From Spirochaetales bacterium (GTDB taxonomy: Bacteria; Spirochaetota; GWE2-31-10; MWDO01), in the NCBI GenBank assembly GCA_017540815.1, contig JAFYAI010000038.1:411-64410 (forward strand): a DNA stretch of 64,000 nucleotides, read 5' to 3'. Numbering within the stretch: the first letter of the stretch is position 1; each line of letters begins with the position of its first letter. Below the pieces are notes generated by a model that saw only the letters and a program-made list of their open reading frames with translations, made no database searches and had not been told where the DNA came from. A program made the translations under genes and the position numbers. Shown piece after piece: positions 28,039 through 37,529 of this stretch.

Positions 28039-28887
28039 ATGATGTATAAGGGAGTTATAGTGAAGAAAAACAGCAATCACGGAGCAGATGCCTTTAATGC
28101 TTATTATGCCGGGATATTCGGCGATCGCTGGGAACATCTTAAAGCGGCATTGTTAGAGCCTGCTAATCCTGTGTCTTTGCAGATTGATGAGAGCAAAGCT
28201 CCTTATTATATGGACAAGGCGAGTATTATAGCTGCATCATCTCTGCCGCTGGACGGGGCGGAGTCTGTGCTTGATATGTGTGCCGCTCCCGGTGGCAAGA
28301 CGCTTGTGCTGGCAGGTCTTATGCCTGACGAATGTCATCTGCTTGCCAATGACCGATCCGGTGACAGAGTAAATCGGTTAAAGAAAGTCCTTGATGACAG
28401 TCTGGACAATGGTATCCGTGCAAGGATAGATGTGTGCTGCAAGGATGCGGCAGCGATGTGCCGTGTCAATAATGAGTGCTTTGATCGAATATTGCTAGAT
28501 GCACCGTGTTCTTCGGAGCGTCATGTGCTGACAAGTCCGCAGCATTTGGATATATGGAGTCCCAATCGTGTCAAGACGCTGGCTATGACGCAATGGTCGC
28601 TGCTTTCGTCAGCATTCAGAATGCTCAAACCCGGCGGGTATCTTATCTACAGCACTTGTGCCTTGTCGTCATCAGAGAATGATCAAGTTGCTGCAAAACT
28701 TGCTTCCAAATTCGATAATGCCGAATATGTGCGTGACTTTGACTATGACAGGAGGATCCTTCAATATATGTCTGATAACAATATGCCTGTCGGAGAGAAA
28801 ACTCAATACGGTTATCATATTCTGCCGGATTGTGCTGACGGCTGCGGACCGCTTTACTATTGTCTGATACGGAAAAGTCCGATGTAA
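28039..28887 (+). CDS. RsmB/RsmF (NOL1/NOP2/Sun) family RNA cytosine-C5 methyltransferase
   Basis: DMCAAPGGKT, DRILLDAPCSSERH and LIYSTCALS, which carry the two catalytic cysteines. Confidence 0.8.
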   Translation: MMYKGVIVKKNSNHGADAFNAYYAGIFGDRWEHLKAALLEPANPVSLQIDESKAPYYMDKASIIAASSLPLDGAESVLDMCAAPGGKTLVLAGLMPDECHLLANDRSGDRVNRLKKVLDDSLDNGIRARIDVCCKDAAAMCRVNNECFDRILLDAPCSSERHVLTSPQHLDIWSPNRVKTLAMTQWSLLSSAFRMLKPGGYLIYSTCALSSSENDQVAAKLASKFDNAEYVRDFDYDRRILQYMSDNNMPVGEKTQYGYHILPDCADGCGPLYYCLIRKSPM

Positions 28888-28889
28888 TC

Positions 28890-29543
28890 CTACGAATGCT
28901 TAATCCTGACAGTGATACCTGCCGAGACAGTCATGCTCATAAGGCGTTCGCCTGTTCGCATCAGGTCAACTATATGGAGAAATCCCATTCTGTATTTGCA
29001 CGAAGTCGTTATCGCCAGATAATCGGTGACTTTAATGCCGACTCCTGCTCCGGCTTCAAAAAATCCCGAAGCGTAGTTTTGTAACCGCCAAGTTGGGTGT
29101 TCATAACCGACTCCGGCGAATGCTTTGAGACAGACATAACGCCATTCATATATACCGAAACATTCTATGCCCATATACAGCATTGTGCCTTCCGGTTCGG
29201 TCGAACGAGGATGAATGACACAGCCCGAACTGAACATTGCCTGCATCCCGAAATACCGCAGAATGTAGAGACTGAGATACACATCAAACACAGGAGTAAG
29301 GATATATGCTCCGGCACTTTTAAGAGTATTATAGAACTTACCTATATAGATACCGATGCCGGGTTCTACAGTTATATCGACTATATAATTAGGACGCAGA
29401 TATTTCTGCCAGACGGTCTGCTTATTATTCTTAGTCAAGATGTCATTGTCCGATACAGTGTCAGATATATCGGATGTCATATACTGACCGAATGCTGTCC
29501 ATGCGTAAAATATACAAAAAATGATAATAAGATACTGTCTCAT
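28890..29543 (-). CDS. candidate small outer-membrane beta-barrel protein
   Basis: Start moved to the ATG at 29543 (MRQYLIIIFCIFYAWTAFGQ signal peptide). Alternating aromatic/Gly pattern (FAGVGYEH, FEAGAGVGIKV). Confidence 0.45.
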   Translation of the reverse strand: MRQYLIIIFCIFYAWTAFGQYMTSDISDTVSDNDILTKNNKQTVWQKYLRPNYIVDITVEPGIGIYIGKFYNTLKSAGAYILTPVFDVYLSLYILRYFGMQAMFSSGCVIHPRSTEPEGTMLYMGIECFGIYEWRYVCLKAFAGVGYEHPTWRLQNYASGFFEAGAGVGIKVTDYLAITTSCKYRMGFLHIVDLMRTGERLMSMTVSAGITVRIKHS

Positions 29544-29716
29544 GTTCTGCCCCTGATATAAAAAAAGCCAAGCGGGGAGCTTAGCTTTCACAGGTTCTTA
29601 GATTACCACACCGGGCTATTTGTGGGGGCAAATATGACCGTCTTATGGTGATCTTCAAACGATTTTTTCAACCACATTATATTTTTCGTCAGAATGGGAT
29701 TTTTCTTAATATCGAA

Positions 29717-29745
29717 TTGCATTTTTTAGGAAAAAAGTGTAGAAT
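29717..29745 (+). promoter_or_regulatory. sigma70-like promoter for the Nudix gene
   Basis: TTGCAT, 17-nt spacer, TAGAAT. AGGAG lies at 29756-29760 and the ATG at 29765. Confidence 0.45.
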
Positions 29746-29764
29746 AAAAATAAACAGGAGCATT

Positions 29765-30295
29765 ATGATGGAATTATTAGATATATATGATGAAAACAGA
29801 AACAGGACAGGCAAAACATTCGTTCGGGGAACATCGCTGCCGGCAGGACAATATCGGCTCGTTATCCATATAGTAATATTTAACTCTGAGGGCAAAATGC
29901 TCATCCAGCAGCGAACGCCGACGAAAGACACAGATCCTAATCTCTGGGATGTCACTGTCGGCGGCTGTGCTGCAGTGGGAGATGACAGCCGCAGTGCTGC
30001 TCACCGTGAACTTATGGAAGAACTCGGACTTGATATTGATTTCTCTCATGAGAGACCATATATAACTATTAACTTTGAAAGCGGCTTTGATGACTTCTAT
30101 ATATTTGAGCGGGATGATATAGATCTGACGGAGCTGACACTGCAGGCATCGGAAGTACAGAATGTGCAGTGGGCGACAATGCAGCAGGTGCTTGCAATGC
30201 TGGATCGCGGCGAGTTTATCCGCTATCATGAAGGATTTATAAGATACCTGTTTGATCAGAGACATCACCGCGGATGTCACAAGAAACTGATATAA
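29765..30295 (+). CDS. Nudix hydrolase
   Basis: Start moved to the MMELLDIY ATG behind AGGAG. Nudix box GGCAAVGDDSRSAAHRELMEELGL. Confidence 0.8.
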   Translation: MMELLDIYDENRNRTGKTFVRGTSLPAGQYRLVIHIVIFNSEGKMLIQQRTPTKDTDPNLWDVTVGGCAAVGDDSRSAAHRELMEELGLDIDFSHERPYITINFESGFDDFYIFERDDIDLTELTLQASEVQNVQWATMQQVLAMLDRGEFIRYHEGFIRYLFDQRHHRGCHKKLI

Positions 30296-30299
30296 CACA

Positions 30300-30355
30300 A
30301 AAAATATTACAAAAAGCGATTTTTTGATAAAAAAATCGCTTTTTGTAATATTTTT
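30300..30355. terminator. very long A/T-flanked hairpin after the Nudix gene
   Basis: Perfect 26-nt arms (aaaaatattacaaaaagcgattttt / aaaaatcgctttttgtaatattttt) around the loop gata. Confidence 0.7.
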
Positions 30356-30418
30356 ATCTTGACATATTTTATATAATCCCGCATTATATATAATATCTCT
30401 TCTATAAAGGAGTAAGTA

Positions 30419-33400
30419 ATGAATATATTAAACGCAACGCTTAAGGCGTACTATGCTCTAATCTCAATACTGATATTCTTAGCGGCACTGACCGGCTGTG
30501 ACACCGACACTGCAGGCAGCAATAAGCCGACGGAGGTTGCTTCGGCTACATCGTATTATCACATTGTATTCTATAATACTCTCACCGACGCAAGCGTCGA
30601 TATATCAGTGCCGACGACTGAGAACTTTACTCTGCCGGACTGCACCGATGATCGTATCGGGTTTGAGATACCTGACGGCAGACCTTTCGTTGAGTGGAAT
30701 ATTTCTCCTTATGGAACAGAGACTTCCTATAAAGCAGGAGATCTTTTCAACAAACAAAAGAAAGGCACAGTCATAACTCTGTATGCAATCTGGAAAGGTG
30801 CAGCCAACGAACTGTATTATGTCGAATACGACTCTAACGGCGGTGAAGGTGAGATGGATAAGTCAACGATGTTCATCGGTATCCCAAAGGCATTGCCGGG
30901 ATGCACATTCAAAGCACCGACAGGCAAACGCTTTGCACACTGGACGGAGACAGAGGCTGATACTGAGCCGTATTATACCGACGGACAGAAAGTGACTAAC
31001 CTTACTGCCAAAGGCAAGACGATTAAACTCTACGCACAGTGGGAGATCAAGACATATTTCGTTATAACATATCATAATGAAAACAATACAGCTAACACTA
31101 ATGATGCAACATTTGACTTGACCCATAATGTGACGCTGACAGACCTTAGCGGTGTGACAGGCTACTCATTCGCAGGATGGTATGACAATGCAGAATGTAA
31201 CGGCTCTGCTGTTGCCGGTTGGGATGCAGGCGAAGTCACAGATGACACAGATCTTTGGGCAAAGTGGACTGCAAACAGTTACAGGATTCATTTCGATGCC
31301 AATGGCGGTACAGGCAATATGTCAGAACAGTCTATGACTTACGATACAGAGGAGACTCTTACTGATGTTACATTCTCGCGAAGCGGTTATCGCTTCATTG
31401 GCTGGAATACAGACGCAGAATCATCAGAGCCACAGTATGTCAGCGGTCAGAGTGTAAAAAACCTGACAGACACTCCACACGGTGCGGTTGTTCTGTATGC
31501 GATTTGGGAAGAAGCCGACACTTATACCGTCGCATTCGATGCCAACAGCGGCACAGGCACAATGGATAATGTCGTATTCGTTACGGATGAGGACAGAAGC
31601 CTGCCGAAATGCACATTCACCGCTCCGGTTGGTAAGATCTTCGGCAGCTGGAATACGAGATCCGATGGCAGCGGAGACAGCTATGACAATATGCAGACTG
31701 TCAGCGGTCTCGCCGGTAAAGACGAGACAGTAACGCTCTACGCACAATGGATAGAGAAGTCATTCTTAGCGGCATATTTCACAGATGAGCAGCTGCATAC
31801 AGAGACGGCGGATGTGACATTCGACAAACTCCATGATGTAGAACTGCCGACACCGACTGCGAAAGGTCACAGATTCTGCGGATGGTATGACAATGCAGAA
31901 TGTGACGGTTCTGCCATAACCGGCTGGATAGCAGGAGATGTAACCAATGACATCACGCTGTATGCAAAGTGGGAAGCTGTTATAACGACATATACGGTGA
32001 AAGTGCTGTTACAGGCGGTAAGCGGCGATGAGTACGAGCAAAATCTCTCGGAATATCCCGATGCAGTCAAAGACTGCACAATGGATGAGATAACCGATGA
32101 GACGGCTGATGCGATATACGGGTTTATTGCTCTGCCGATAGAACAGCAGGTTGTTGTCGCTGACGGATCGGCGATTGTCGAGATCAGATACAACCGCAGA
32201 GTTGTCTCCTATACATTCGATCCGAATGGCGGTAAACTGGGCAGTTCGGATGTTGCTGTTACAAAGGAAGGTCGGTTCGGTGCACCGTGCTCGATAACTG
32301 CTCCGACCAGAACGGGCTACACATTCAGCGGATGGAATAAATCTGTTCCTGAAACATTCGGTGTTGAAGATGATATGTTTACTGCACAGTGGACTGTCAA
32401 TACATATAAGATTACTTATAATGCCAACAAACCGAGTCTTGAGACATCTGCTGTGTCGGGAACAATGACTGATACATCCTGTGTGTATGGACAAACTTGT
32501 ACAGTGAAAGCCAACGGTTATACTTTGGAGCATTATACATTCTCAAGTTGGAACACAAAGTCCGACGGTAAAGGAACGACTTATACTGTGGGGTCTGCAC
32601 AGTCACTGACGGGTAATGTCACTCTGTATGCACAGTGGACTCCTAAGACTTATACGATCACATATCACGGTGACAGCATTACACCGTGGGACGGTATCGT
32701 TACTCATAAGACTTCCGGCGGCAATACAACATATACTAAGACATATTCTTGGGGAAATAGCGTTACTTTGACCAATGACTTTGTTGGCACATATACTTAT
32801 CAGTATTTGACGGATTATTGGGTAAGTGAGTTCGGTGCTGAGCATCCGACTTATAGTACAACAGATATAGGTTATACTCATGCAGGCTGGGCTGTGTCGG
32901 CAAATTCTACGGATAAAACATATAATACGACTCAGATAATTAACGACTGTCAGTTAGGCGATGCAGATCTCTATGCACTTTGGGAGACAGATAAGTATTA
33001 TGTTATATATTACAGCAATATGAATATAGGTGATAAATATTGTTATCCTGAAGATCCTGATCACACCTATGAACAGTGGACAAATAACAGCAAAAGCAAT
33101 GCCGTATATGTTGCAAGTTTAGATACTTCTTCTCATAATTTGAAAAATCCAAGTGAAATAGGTGATGGAGGTAAGTATTGGACAGACAGCAACAGAAAAT
33201 TCTTAAGCTGGTCGGAATCGCCCGACGGCTGTTATGAATACGCAAAAGAATCAGGTAAAACTATAACTATATCGAAATCAAAGATTACACATCTGTATGC
33301 CGTATGGTATTATGACTATAGCCGTGTAATTAATGGCGGCTCATTGAATGGCGGCAGCAGAACATTTGATACTGCTTATGTTGACCAGTTTGAGACGACA

Positions 33401-34072
33401 GTCGGTAATTTCTACAGAGTTATGGGTTATTGCTGGATTCCGGGAACCCTTCCGGATAAAACCAAGGTTAATTGGGATAAATATCCTATTCAAGCCACAA
33501 ATATATTTAGGATTTTTGACTACTGTAATACACTGAGCCGTTTATTGGGGTACACAAAGTGCTATACCCAAAGCGGCACTTGGAATGGAAATACTGCAAC
33601 AACGGAAATGAACTGCAACAAAACAAATACCGGTTATCGTCTGCCCGATAAAGACGAATGGTTTTACTATGCGTCGGATACAGGCTTTTACGGTAGTGAG
33701 TCTTACCCTTATACCGGCGGGAAATCGGTAGGAGATGTAGCATGGTATAGCGGAAACAGCGGTAGCAACTATCATATCGTAGGTGGAAAACTCTCTTCCA
33801 ATAATAGTATGTACGATGCATGCGGCAATGTCAGTGAGTTATGTCATTATTCCGATACTTTAGTGTATAATTATAGTGATAAGATACAATACCCTAGCAC
33901 GAATTATCATGGATATTATATGTATGTCTGCGGAGGTGATAATACACAGAGTGCCGATAAAGTTATGCTGTCTTCTTACTCATTAAAAGACAATTTGCAA
34001 AACTACAATACTAATCCCGATGATTTTGCTCGGTATCCTGATGTAGGCTTCCGCGTTATGCGTAAGATGTAA
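30419..34072 (+). CDS. giant surface lipoprotein: Listeria/Bacteroides-type (Flg_new, InlB B-repeat-like) repeats plus C-terminal FGE-sulfatase/C-type-lectin-like domain
   Basis: Lipobox LAALTGC. At least 8 units of the pattern F.GW(N/Y)T..DG.G..Y..G......(L)YA.W. C-terminus has GYRLPDKDEW, VAWYSGNS, YDACGNVSELC and GFRVMRK. Confidence 0.8.
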   Translation: MNILNATLKAYYALISILIFLAALTGCDTDTAGSNKPTEVASATSYYHIVFYNTLTDASVDISVPTTENFTLPDCTDDRIGFEIPDGRPFVEWNISPYGTETSYKAGDLFNKQKKGTVITLYAIWKGAANELYYVEYDSNGGEGEMDKSTMFIGIPKALPGCTFKAPTGKRFAHWTETEADTEPYYTDGQKVTNLTAKGKTIKLYAQWEIKTYFVITYHNENNTANTNDATFDLTHNVTLTDLSGVTGYSFAGWYDNAECNGSAVAGWDAGEVTDDTDLWAKWTANSYRIHFDANGGTGNMSEQSMTYDTEETLTDVTFSRSGYRFIGWNTDAESSEPQYVSGQSVKNLTDTPHGAVVLYAIWEEADTYTVAFDANSGTGTMDNVVFVTDEDRSLPKCTFTAPVGKIFGSWNTRSDGSGDSYDNMQTVSGLAGKDETVTLYAQWIEKSFLAAYFTDEQLHTETADVTFDKLHDVELPTPTAKGHRFCGWYDNAECDGSAITGWIAGDVTNDITLYAKWEAVITTYTVKVLLQAVSGDEYEQNLSEYPDAVKDCTMDEITDETADAIYGFIALPIEQQVVVADGSAIVEIRYNRRVVSYTFDPNGGKLGSSDVAVTKEGRFGAPCSITAPTRTGYTFSGWNKSVPETFGVEDDMFTAQWTVNTYKITYNANKPSLETSAVSGTMTDTSCVYGQTCTVKANGYTLEHYTFSSWNTKSDGKGTTYTVGSAQSLTGNVTLYAQWTPKTYTITYHGDSITPWDGIVTHKTSGGNTTYTKTYSWGNSVTLTNDFVGTYTYQYLTDYWVSEFGAEHPTYSTTDIGYTHAGWAVSANSTDKTYNTTQIINDCQLGDADLYALWETDKYYVIYYSNMNIGDKYCYPEDPDHTYEQWTNNSKSNAVYVASLDTSSHNLKNPSEIGDGGKYWTDSNRKFLSWSESPDGCYEYAKESGKTITISKSKITHLYAVWYYDYSRVINGGSLNGGSRTFDTAYVDQFETTVGNFYRVMGYCWIPGTLPDKTKVNWDKYPIQATNIFRIFDYCNTLSRLLGYTKCYTQSGTWNGNTATTEMNCNKTNTGYRLPDKDEWFYYASDTGFYGSESYPYTGGKSVGDVAWYSGNSGSNYHIVGGKLSSNNSMYDACGNVSELCHYSDTLVYNYSDKIQYPSTNYHGYYMYVCGGDNTQSADKVMLSSYSLKDNLQNYNTNPDDFARYPDVGFRVMRKM
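31175..31275 (+). repeat. intragenic direct repeat copy A
   Basis: ggatggtatgacaatgcagaatgtaacggctctgc... recurs 705 nt downstream with few changes. It encodes GWYDNAECNGSA. Confidence 0.6.
31880..31980 (+). repeat. intragenic direct repeat copy B
   Basis: ggatggtatgacaatgcagaatgtgacggttctgc... encodes GWYDNAECDGSA. Partner of the copy at 31175. Confidence 0.6.
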
Positions 34073-34112
34073 TATAAACAGGGGTTGCTTTGCAGCCTCT
34101 GCCTGTTTTATA
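34073..34112. terminator. hairpin between convergent lipoprotein and RNB genes
   Basis: tataaacagg / cctgttttata outer stem with a ggttgc/gcagcc inner stem. It overlaps the last codons of the RNB gene. Confidence 0.5.
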
Positions 34113-36036
34113 TCACTTCCCAAGTCACCGCCTGCTCCGATAGATTGACATCTTTGGCTTTCAGGCGGATGGCGGCATTAAACGGCGTGGTCTTAGGCAG
34201 TGTAACCTGGAACTCTGTCCCAAACTTAGCGATATTGACGACAGCTTTGCCTGCTTTCCAATCAACAAGCACGCCGTCATATATCTCATCCGGATGCTGC
34301 ATGATATACACGCATATCCAGTGAAGTTTGCTGCCACGCTCTGCTTTGGCACACGCTGCGGCTCCGATGTCTGCAGTGCTGATCTTCTGCAGCATAGTGT
34401 CTTTGTCCATAAGAGGCTTGCCTGTCAGGAACAGCCGCAGCTGCTGATGTGCTACAAGGTCTATATATCGCCGCAGAGGACTTGTGACCTGACAGTATAT
34501 ATCGAGTCCCATACCGACATGGTGTGCGGGAGTGACACCCACAATACGGCCTTTCATACAGCGGCGGGTCTGATAATTGCCTGCAAGACCGTCAGGCATA
34601 CCGTCTTTCATCGGGATGTCGCCTCGCAGTTCCGGATCCGGCTGACTTATGAATGGGAACGGGATCTGATTCCTCAGAGCGAACAGAGCCGCTGCTTCTC
34701 CGGCGATGACCATACATTCTCTGACGACTTTCGTTGCCTGCGATGCTTTGAGATCTTCGTCGATTGTGACGACAGGGATTTCCGTGCTGATGTCGGCAGT
34801 GATATGTATCTCAGGCATATCGATGAATACAGCACCAGCAGCCTGACGCTTGGCAGCGATGAGCCGGGATAACTTATACAGCGGAGCAAGCTCCGGCGAG
34901 TCGGCCATAGCGTCGGCTTCTTCATAAGTCAGCCTCTTGACACGGACGAGAGCAGGGATGATCTGCACATCCGTTACATTGGCATCTTCATCGAGCTTTA
35001 TGCGGAATGACAGTGTTTTAGAGTAATCATCTCCGCACAGGCCTAATCCGTAGTCGGCAACAGAGTTCTCCGGCAGCATCTTAATGATCGCTTCCGGCAG
35101 ATAGAGAGTCGCTCCTCTGGCACATGCCTGCCTGTCAACATCCGAGTCGGGAGTCACATTCTCGGCAGGATCGGCAACATGAACCCACAGATACTGCCCG
35201 TCGAATGCGATAGCATCATCAGGATCATTGCTGAATCTGCTGTCTATAGCGAATGCCGTATGATCGATAACTTGCCGGCCTTCTGTATTCGGCGGAGGCA
35301 GCGGACAGTCAGCCGCTCTGAGAGAGACATTATATCGTGCAGGATAAGGATCTCTGGCGGCTGTCCAGACTCCTGTATCGAGCAGCAGTTTATGAGCGGT
35401 CTCAGGCAGTTCTTTCTGTCCGAGATCTTTCATAATGCGTGATTTGTCAGACTTGCCGAGAGCCACTGCTTCGACTTCGTGCATATATCTGGCATCATCA
35501 GGCAGGACAAGCGATCTGCTCCGCAGACGCTCCATGAATGATGCCTTGTCTGCTGCTTCCTGTGCCGCTTTATACCGGTCTGTTCTAATCTGTGCTATTG
35601 TCTGCTCATCCCGGCAGCAGAATGATGTTTCTGCCGTATGTTCATAATGAATATCACTGCACAAAGTCTGATATACAGCCCATATATCATCATTGCCGAC
35701 ACTGCTCATCATTTCCGTAATCTCGGAGAATGTCATAATTTTATTTGCTGTCTCTTCGTCACTGCGGAACAGTTCCCATAGCTCGGCAAGTTCTCCGGCA
35801 ATGTTATTGCAAAGCGATGTATTATTGGCGGCATCGCAGACTGCACTCAGATTTGTTACGGGTTTGTCGGACAGCAGGATTATATCTTTGTCTCGTACAT
35901 TCTGCGATTGGAACGGATACCCCTTGCCGGGCTTGGGGGTTAGATTCGGACAGAATGTGACAGTATATTTGTCGCCTGCCGCATCTATTACAGCGGGGAA
36001 GTTCCTGTATATGACGAGTGAGTTCTTAGACAGCAT
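34108..36036 (-). CDS. RNB-domain exoribonuclease (RNase II/R family)
   Basis: DPDDAIAF, LYLPE and TSPLRRYIDLVAHQQL motifs of the RNB catalytic domain. C-terminal S1-like tail. Confidence 0.8.
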   Translation of the reverse strand: MLSKNSLVIYRNFPAVIDAAGDKYTVTFCPNLTPKPGKGYPFQSQNVRDKDIILLSDKPVTNLSAVCDAANNTSLCNNIAGELAELWELFRSDEETANKIMTFSEITEMMSSVGNDDIWAVYQTLCSDIHYEHTAETSFCCRDEQTIAQIRTDRYKAAQEAADKASFMERLRSRSLVLPDDARYMHEVEAVALGKSDKSRIMKDLGQKELPETAHKLLLDTGVWTAARDPYPARYNVSLRAADCPLPPPNTEGRQVIDHTAFAIDSRFSNDPDDAIAFDGQYLWVHVADPAENVTPDSDVDRQACARGATLYLPEAIIKMLPENSVADYGLGLCGDDYSKTLSFRIKLDEDANVTDVQIIPALVRVKRLTYEEADAMADSPELAPLYKLSRLIAAKRQAAGAVFIDMPEIHITADISTEIPVVTIDEDLKASQATKVVRECMVIAGEAAALFALRNQIPFPFISQPDPELRGDIPMKDGMPDGLAGNYQTRRCMKGRIVGVTPAHHVGMGLDIYCQVTSPLRRYIDLVAHQQLRLFLTGKPLMDKDTMLQKISTADIGAAACAKAERGSKLHWICVYIMQHPDEIYDGVLVDWKAGKAVVNIAKFGTEFQVTLPKTTPFNAAIRLKAKDVNLSEQAVTWEVI

Positions 36037-36060
36037 AGATTTTCCTTTGTTGCTTGTTTA

Positions 36061-37074
36061 TTATTGCTTGTTTTTGGCATTGCCTGCTTTCTTCTTCTCT
36101 GCTTCTTCTTTTTTCTTGATGTTTTCTTTTATTTTGTCTTCCAATATGACACCAAGACTCTCTTTCTGCGAAGTGTGCGAGACGGCTTTGACGATATTGG
36201 AGTGGTGCAGCTCGACATTAGTGACACTTTTCGGAGGATATGTGTCTTTACCTGACAGGTAACGCTGCAGCTGTCTGCTGTGCAGAACATGATCTGATAA
36301 AATAGGTTCGTCGATAAGCAAAGAACGGCTAATCTGAGGATAAGTCTCACCATAGTCAGACATTACTTCAACGACTGTTTTATCCGCGAAAGTCTTTACA
36401 TCGATCTCCGTCAGTGCGATATTATACTCAAAGTCGAATACGATTATGCAGCGGCAGTCACTGTTGGAGTTGATTGCACTCTTGACCGCTCCTTTGCTTG
36501 TGCAGTTTGACTGTTTCACGGCAGGATAATGCTCTTTGATCATTTCTGCAATGCGTGCCGACAGATGATATGACGAGCCGTATATATACAGCACATCACT
36601 GTGGTCTTTTGTCTTCGATGCTGATCTTATCTCATTGTCTACCGCATTGTATATCACATCTGGAGACGGATGGAAGTTTAGCAGTGTCTGAGTCTGGATA
36701 TTGTCTTTGGCGAATATGTCATAATGGAAACTGATCAGTTTGTAGTTGCCTGAACTGTATGGATTAAGATTATTGGTGAATACAGTCATTCCCAGATTAT
36801 CCATGAAAAATATCGCCCCGGCAGGCAGAGCTTTAGAGCGGTTTTTTACGATGTCACATTCTTTGGACAGATCTGTGAATTTGGCGAAATTCACAGGACG
36901 CACTGTATAGCCTGCTTTGCGAAAATACCTGTCTGCCTGCAGATAGACTTCCTGCTTATCCCGGAAAACAGAAAACAACTTCTCATTGCGGAAGAGATAC
37001 ACTTCCGGTTTGGGACTGCCGCAGCCTATACAGGCAAGCATCACTGTTATTAAGAAAGGTGCGTATTTGTTCAT
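36061..37074 (-). CDS. lipoprotein, unknown function, Lys/Glu-rich tail
   Basis: MNKYAPFLITVMLACIGCGS lipobox. Lies in the same minus-strand unit as the DUF3467-like and RNB genes. Confidence 0.6.
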   Translation of the reverse strand: MNKYAPFLITVMLACIGCGSPKPEVYLFRNEKLFSVFRDKQEVYLQADRYFRKAGYTVRPVNFAKFTDLSKECDIVKNRSKALPAGAIFFMDNLGMTVFTNNLNPYSSGNYKLISFHYDIFAKDNIQTQTLLNFHPSPDVIYNAVDNEIRSASKTKDHSDVLYIYGSSYHLSARIAEMIKEHYPAVKQSNCTSKGAVKSAINSNSDCRCIIVFDFEYNIALTEIDVKTFADKTVVEVMSDYGETYPQISRSLLIDEPILSDHVLHSRQLQRYLSGKDTYPPKSVTNVELHHSNIVKAVSHTSQKESLGVILEDKIKENIKKKEEAEKKKAGNAKNKQ

Positions 37075-37092
37075 GCTGAGATGAAAACTTCG

Positions 37093-37383
37093 TCAGTTAA
37101 TCTTATTGCTGATCGGCTGTGCAGCTGTAGGTCGGCCAAGTTCTATTTCACCGAACTTGTTTTCGTACTTCGCCAGATTGTCTGTAAGTGCAGCTACCAT
37201 CTGCTTGAATGCGACAGGATTAGCAATTATTCTTGAATTAACTATCGCTCCCGGACCGAAGTTGGATATATAATCCATTACAAATTCATTTTGTGTGTGA
37301 TTGACGATTAATTGGTTGCAGTATTTGCCCTGCAGCACTTCATCGGGAAATCTCAGTTGGATCTGCTGTTCTTTTTGGTTCAT
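37093..37383 (-). CDS. DUF3467-like small protein
   Basis: YCNQLIVNHTQNEFVMDY...IVNSRII.NP..FKQMV.AL..NL.KYE..FGEI matches my recollection of the DUF3467 pattern. Confidence 0.55.
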   Translation of the reverse strand: MNQKEQQIQLRFPDEVLQGKYCNQLIVNHTQNEFVMDYISNFGPGAIVNSRIIANPVAFKQMVAALTDNLAKYENKFGEIELGRPTAAQPISNKIN

Positions 37384-37529
37384 TTTTTTTCCTTAGCATA
37401 ATATTTTTCACTATATACTCAGTATATGTATAAAATTATTATAACTTAATAAAATATTTATTTCAATAAAAAATTACTTGAAATATTAAATAAAAAATTT
37501 TATAATATTGTAATTGAAGGAAAAAAATA

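Noticed and set aside
33800-34112. Diversity-generating retroelement target (variable region) at the C-terminus of the giant lipoprotein
   Set aside because: The FGE/C-type-lectin-like fold and a hairpin after the stop codon are suggestive. However, no reverse transcriptase, no template repeat and no Asn-codon-rich variable tract could be identified in the window.
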